DNA from: an uncultured delta proteobacterium
GTDB lineage: Bacteria; Myxococcota_A; Polyangia; Polyangiales; JAFGIB01
Length of the DNA: 64,000 nucleotides
NCBI GenBank assembly: GCA_963778655.1
Contig: CAVZVA010000009.1
Coordinates: 1,056,001-1,120,000, forward strand
Direction: 5' to 3'
The position numbers and the translations under genes were made by a program. Under the pieces are notes generated by a model that worked only from the letters and a program-made list of their open reading frames with translations, searched no databases and was not told the origin of the DNA. Shown here piece by piece: positions 61,608 to 64,000 of this stretch (position 1 is the first letter of the stretch; each line of letters opens with the position of its first letter).

Positions 61608-62319
61608 GCGCGCGCTGGGCGGGATGCAGGCGTACGCCCGGGCGCAACGCGCGCAGCGCGTGCTCGGCCGCGTCGACGTCGGGCGCGTGCCCGCGCAACA
61701 CCATCAGCGCCGCCACCAGCATCGCCGAGCGCCCGCGGCCCGCCCCGCAGTGCACGTAGATGGCGCCCGGCTCGTCGGCCAGCTCGTCCAGCAGCGCCGC
61801 GAGCGCGCGCTCGCCGGGCACGTGGCGGTTGAGCACCGGCAGGCAGCGATAGCGGCAGGCCGCGACCACCGCGCTGCTCTCGATGAACTCCGAGGTCAGG
61901 TCCACGACCAGCGCGCAGCCGGAGGGCAGCTCGAAGGCGCGCGGTCGCCGGCCCAGATACAGCCCCGGGGCCGCCGGGTGAAAGCACGGCTCGCCGCGGC
62001 GCAGGGCCGCGAGCTTGAGCCAGTGAAAGCCCCACACCAGCGCCAGGTATGGCAGCAGCAACAGCACCGCCCGCCAAGCAAGCGAGCCGTCGTGGCGCTT
62101 GCCGAGCAGGCCGACGTGGTTGCCGAGGTAGGCGTAGGCCAGTGCCAGGTTCGAGAGCGCCAGCCAGGCCGGCAGCCACAGCCAGCCGCGGGCGAAGGGC
62201 ACGCCCGCCAGCGCGCACGCCGCGAAGCCGAGGTAGCGCAGCGCGAGCCGCGGGGCTGTGCGGCCGTGCCCCTCCCGCGTTTCGCCCAGGCCTTCGGAAA
62301 GCGACGCGTGCGCCGTCAT
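61522..62319 (-). CDS. Membrane-anchored dual-specificity (CX5R) phosphatase, YnbD-like
   Basis: N-terminal TMs, GKRHDG, LYLGRRP, VVDLTSEF, YVHCGAGRGRSA. Confidence 0.85.
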   Translation of the reverse strand: MTAHASLSEGLGETREGHGRTAPRLALRYLGFAACALAGVPFARGWLWLPAWLALSNLALAYAYLGNHVGLLGKRHDGSLAWRAVLLLLPYLALVWGFHWLKLAALRRGEPCFHPAAPGLYLGRRPRAFELPSGCALVVDLTSEFIESSAVVAACRYRCLPVLNRHVPGERALAALLDELADEPGAIYVHCGAGRGRSAMLVAALMVLRGHAPDVDAAEHALRALRPGVRLHPAQRALIARLCPAPARRAAAPQDHSPCVHTRCA

Positions 62320-62461
62320 CGATCACTGCAAGCGTAGCACAGGGCGCGCCCGGGCTCCGGACCGGCACGCCGGCCGGCGCTTCCAGCGCACAGCCAACCA
62401 CACCGAGCATCGCTCGTAGCTGGCTGCGCGAGCGACGCGCGCGCTATTCTTGCTGCGCTGC

Positions 62462-63943
62462 ATGGCCGCATCCTCCGAACGCGCGCTGCCGCGCCCGAGC
62501 TCCGACGCGCAAGACGCGCGCAACCTGCGGCGCGCCCGCGCGCTGTTCCTGGCGCTGGTGCTCGCCTACGCGGGCGCACTGGCCGTGCTCTACGCGCTCG
62601 GGCTGTTCGGCTTCGTGTGGAAGACCCTGGTCGTCCCATCCCTCTTCATCGTCGCCTACGCGGCGCGGCGTCTTCACGCCTTCGTGCGCGACTGGGCCGT
62701 GTTCCTGGGCGCGATCGTGCTGTTCGACAGCGCTCGCGGGCTGGTCTACGCGCTCGTGGTCAGGCTCTCGCTGCCCGTGTACATGCACTACGTCATCGGT
62801 CTCGAGCAGGGGCTGTTCGGGGCGCCGCCGCCCAGCGTGCGGTTGCAGCAGGCGCTGATCCCGGGCGGCGCGCTGGGGTGGCTGCCGAAGCTGTTGGTGA
62901 CGCTGCACGCCTCGCACTTCCTGGCGTTCCTGTTCTTCGGCTTGCTGGTCTGGCTCGCGCGTCCGGCGGAGTTCGCCCGTTTCAAGCTCGCCATCGTGAT
63001 CGTGATGTACACCGGCATCGCGGTGTACCTGGTGCTGCCCACCGTGCCGCCGTGGATGGCGGCAGGGCGCTTCTTCGTGCTCGATCACATCGAGCACGTG
63101 CCCGCGCACATCTACAACCTGGCGACCCCGGAGCTGGCCGCCTCGTTCGACGTGAACCCGATCGCCGCCATGCCCTCGCTGCACGCAGCCTTTCCGGTCT
63201 TGCTCGCGCTGGTCTGCTTCGAGCACTTCGGGCGCTGGGGCCTGGCGATGCTCGGCTACGCGCTGGCCGTGCTGTTCGCGGTGGTCGCGCTGGGCGAGCA
63301 CTACGTGGTCGACGTGCTGGCCGGCTGCGCGCTGTCGCTGAGCGCGTACCTGGTTGCCTACAAGCTACCCTGGGTCTCGCGGCTGCTCGCGCGGGCGCGG
63401 CCGCCCGAGCCCGCGCCCGCCACGCCGCTCGCCGCGCTGGCTCGGCTGCGCCGCCCGCTGCTGCTGTCGGGTCTGCTGCTGGTGGCCGCGCAGGGCGCCG
63501 GGTTTCTGGCCATCGCGCTGCACCGGCCCGAGGTACCGAGCGAGGCGTTCGTGACGCGCGAGCTCGACGGTCAGAGCCCGATGGCCGCCTATTACCACGC
63601 GCTCAATGCCTATTACGCGGGCAACTTCAAGCGTGCGCAGCCGCTGTTCGCACGCGCGTTGCACGAGGTGCCCGACGTGGCCAAGCAGGCGCGTGCCTAT
63701 CTGTTGCTGGGCGAGAGCGCGTTTCACAACCGCGATTGGAAGGCCGCGATCGAGGCGCTCGGCTCGCAGCCGCGGCTCGATTCCGAGCAGGCGCTGATGC
63801 TGGCGCAGTCGCGGCTCGAGCTCGGGCAGCGCGCGCTCGGCCTGCAGGTGCTCGAGGTCGTGGCGCGCTCCGCTCCGGCCGACCCGGTGGTCCGGGCGCA
63901 CCTGCGCAAGCTGGAGCTCGAGTTCGGCCGCGCCGGCCGGTGA
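62462..63943 (+). CDS. Aur1/IPC-synthase-like PAP2 membrane protein with C-terminal TPR-like domain
   Basis: RDWAVF, YLVLPTVPPW, NPIAAMPSLHAA, GEHYVVDVLAG. TPR-like tail YLLLGESAF...AIEAL. Confidence 0.82.
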   Translation: MAASSERALPRPSSDAQDARNLRRARALFLALVLAYAGALAVLYALGLFGFVWKTLVVPSLFIVAYAARRLHAFVRDWAVFLGAIVLFDSARGLVYALVVRLSLPVYMHYVIGLEQGLFGAPPPSVRLQQALIPGGALGWLPKLLVTLHASHFLAFLFFGLLVWLARPAEFARFKLAIVIVMYTGIAVYLVLPTVPPWMAAGRFFVLDHIEHVPAHIYNLATPELAASFDVNPIAAMPSLHAAFPVLLALVCFEHFGRWGLAMLGYALAVLFAVVALGEHYVVDVLAGCALSLSAYLVAYKLPWVSRLLARARPPEPAPATPLAALARLRRPLLLSGLLLVAAQGAGFLAIALHRPEVPSEAFVTRELDGQSPMAAYYHALNAYYAGNFKRAQPLFARALHEVPDVAKQARAYLLLGESAFHNRDWKAAIEALGSQPRLDSEQALMLAQSRLELGQRALGLQVLEVVARSAPADPVVRAHLRKLELEFGRAGR

Positions 63944-64000
63944 GCAGCCCGCGGCGACCGGCTGAACGTGGTAGATTGGTGGCCGTGATGCAGACGACGA

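Overview
Very GC-rich chromosomal DNA that looks like a myxobacterium (Myxococcota, probably Polyangiales-like; inferred from Cys-rich lipoproteins with the myxobacterial CGDG..EQCDG repeat). About 58 coding regions are supported. I found no CRISPR array, rRNA, tRNA, prophage or IS element. Housekeeping and cofactor genes are ribBA, hemD, a ChdC/HemQ-family gene, thiC with a TPP riboswitch, moaA, pdxJ, panBC, ilvBN, groES-groEL, ald with an Lrp/AsnC regulator, divergent ku-ligD, apaG, yggT and phoX. The most notable items are: (1) an actinobacterial Sdh1/type-F-like succinate dehydrogenase operon; (2) a Fur-box-preceded pair encoding a flavinylation-motif FMN-binding protein and a His-containing membrane protein; (3) two lipoproteins with non-canonical CX4CH and CX8CH heme-c-like motifs; (4) tandem membrane-fused spermidine-synthase-like paralogs, one degenerate; (5) a lipoprotein with two NlpC/P60-like catalytic modules; (6) a 43-aa very basic ORF missed by the ORF track; (7) a GtrA / CDP-alcohol phosphotransferase / DSP phosphatase / Aur1-like PAP2 cluster resembling inositol-(sphingo)lipid loci; (8) a His-tailed GroEL; (9) repeated leaderless-promoter geometry. 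Several single-base frameshifts in short homopolymers (sdhA, sdhB twice, a lipoprotein) are probably sequencing errors. Functional calls come from motif recognition only, with no database search. Start codons are best estimates.
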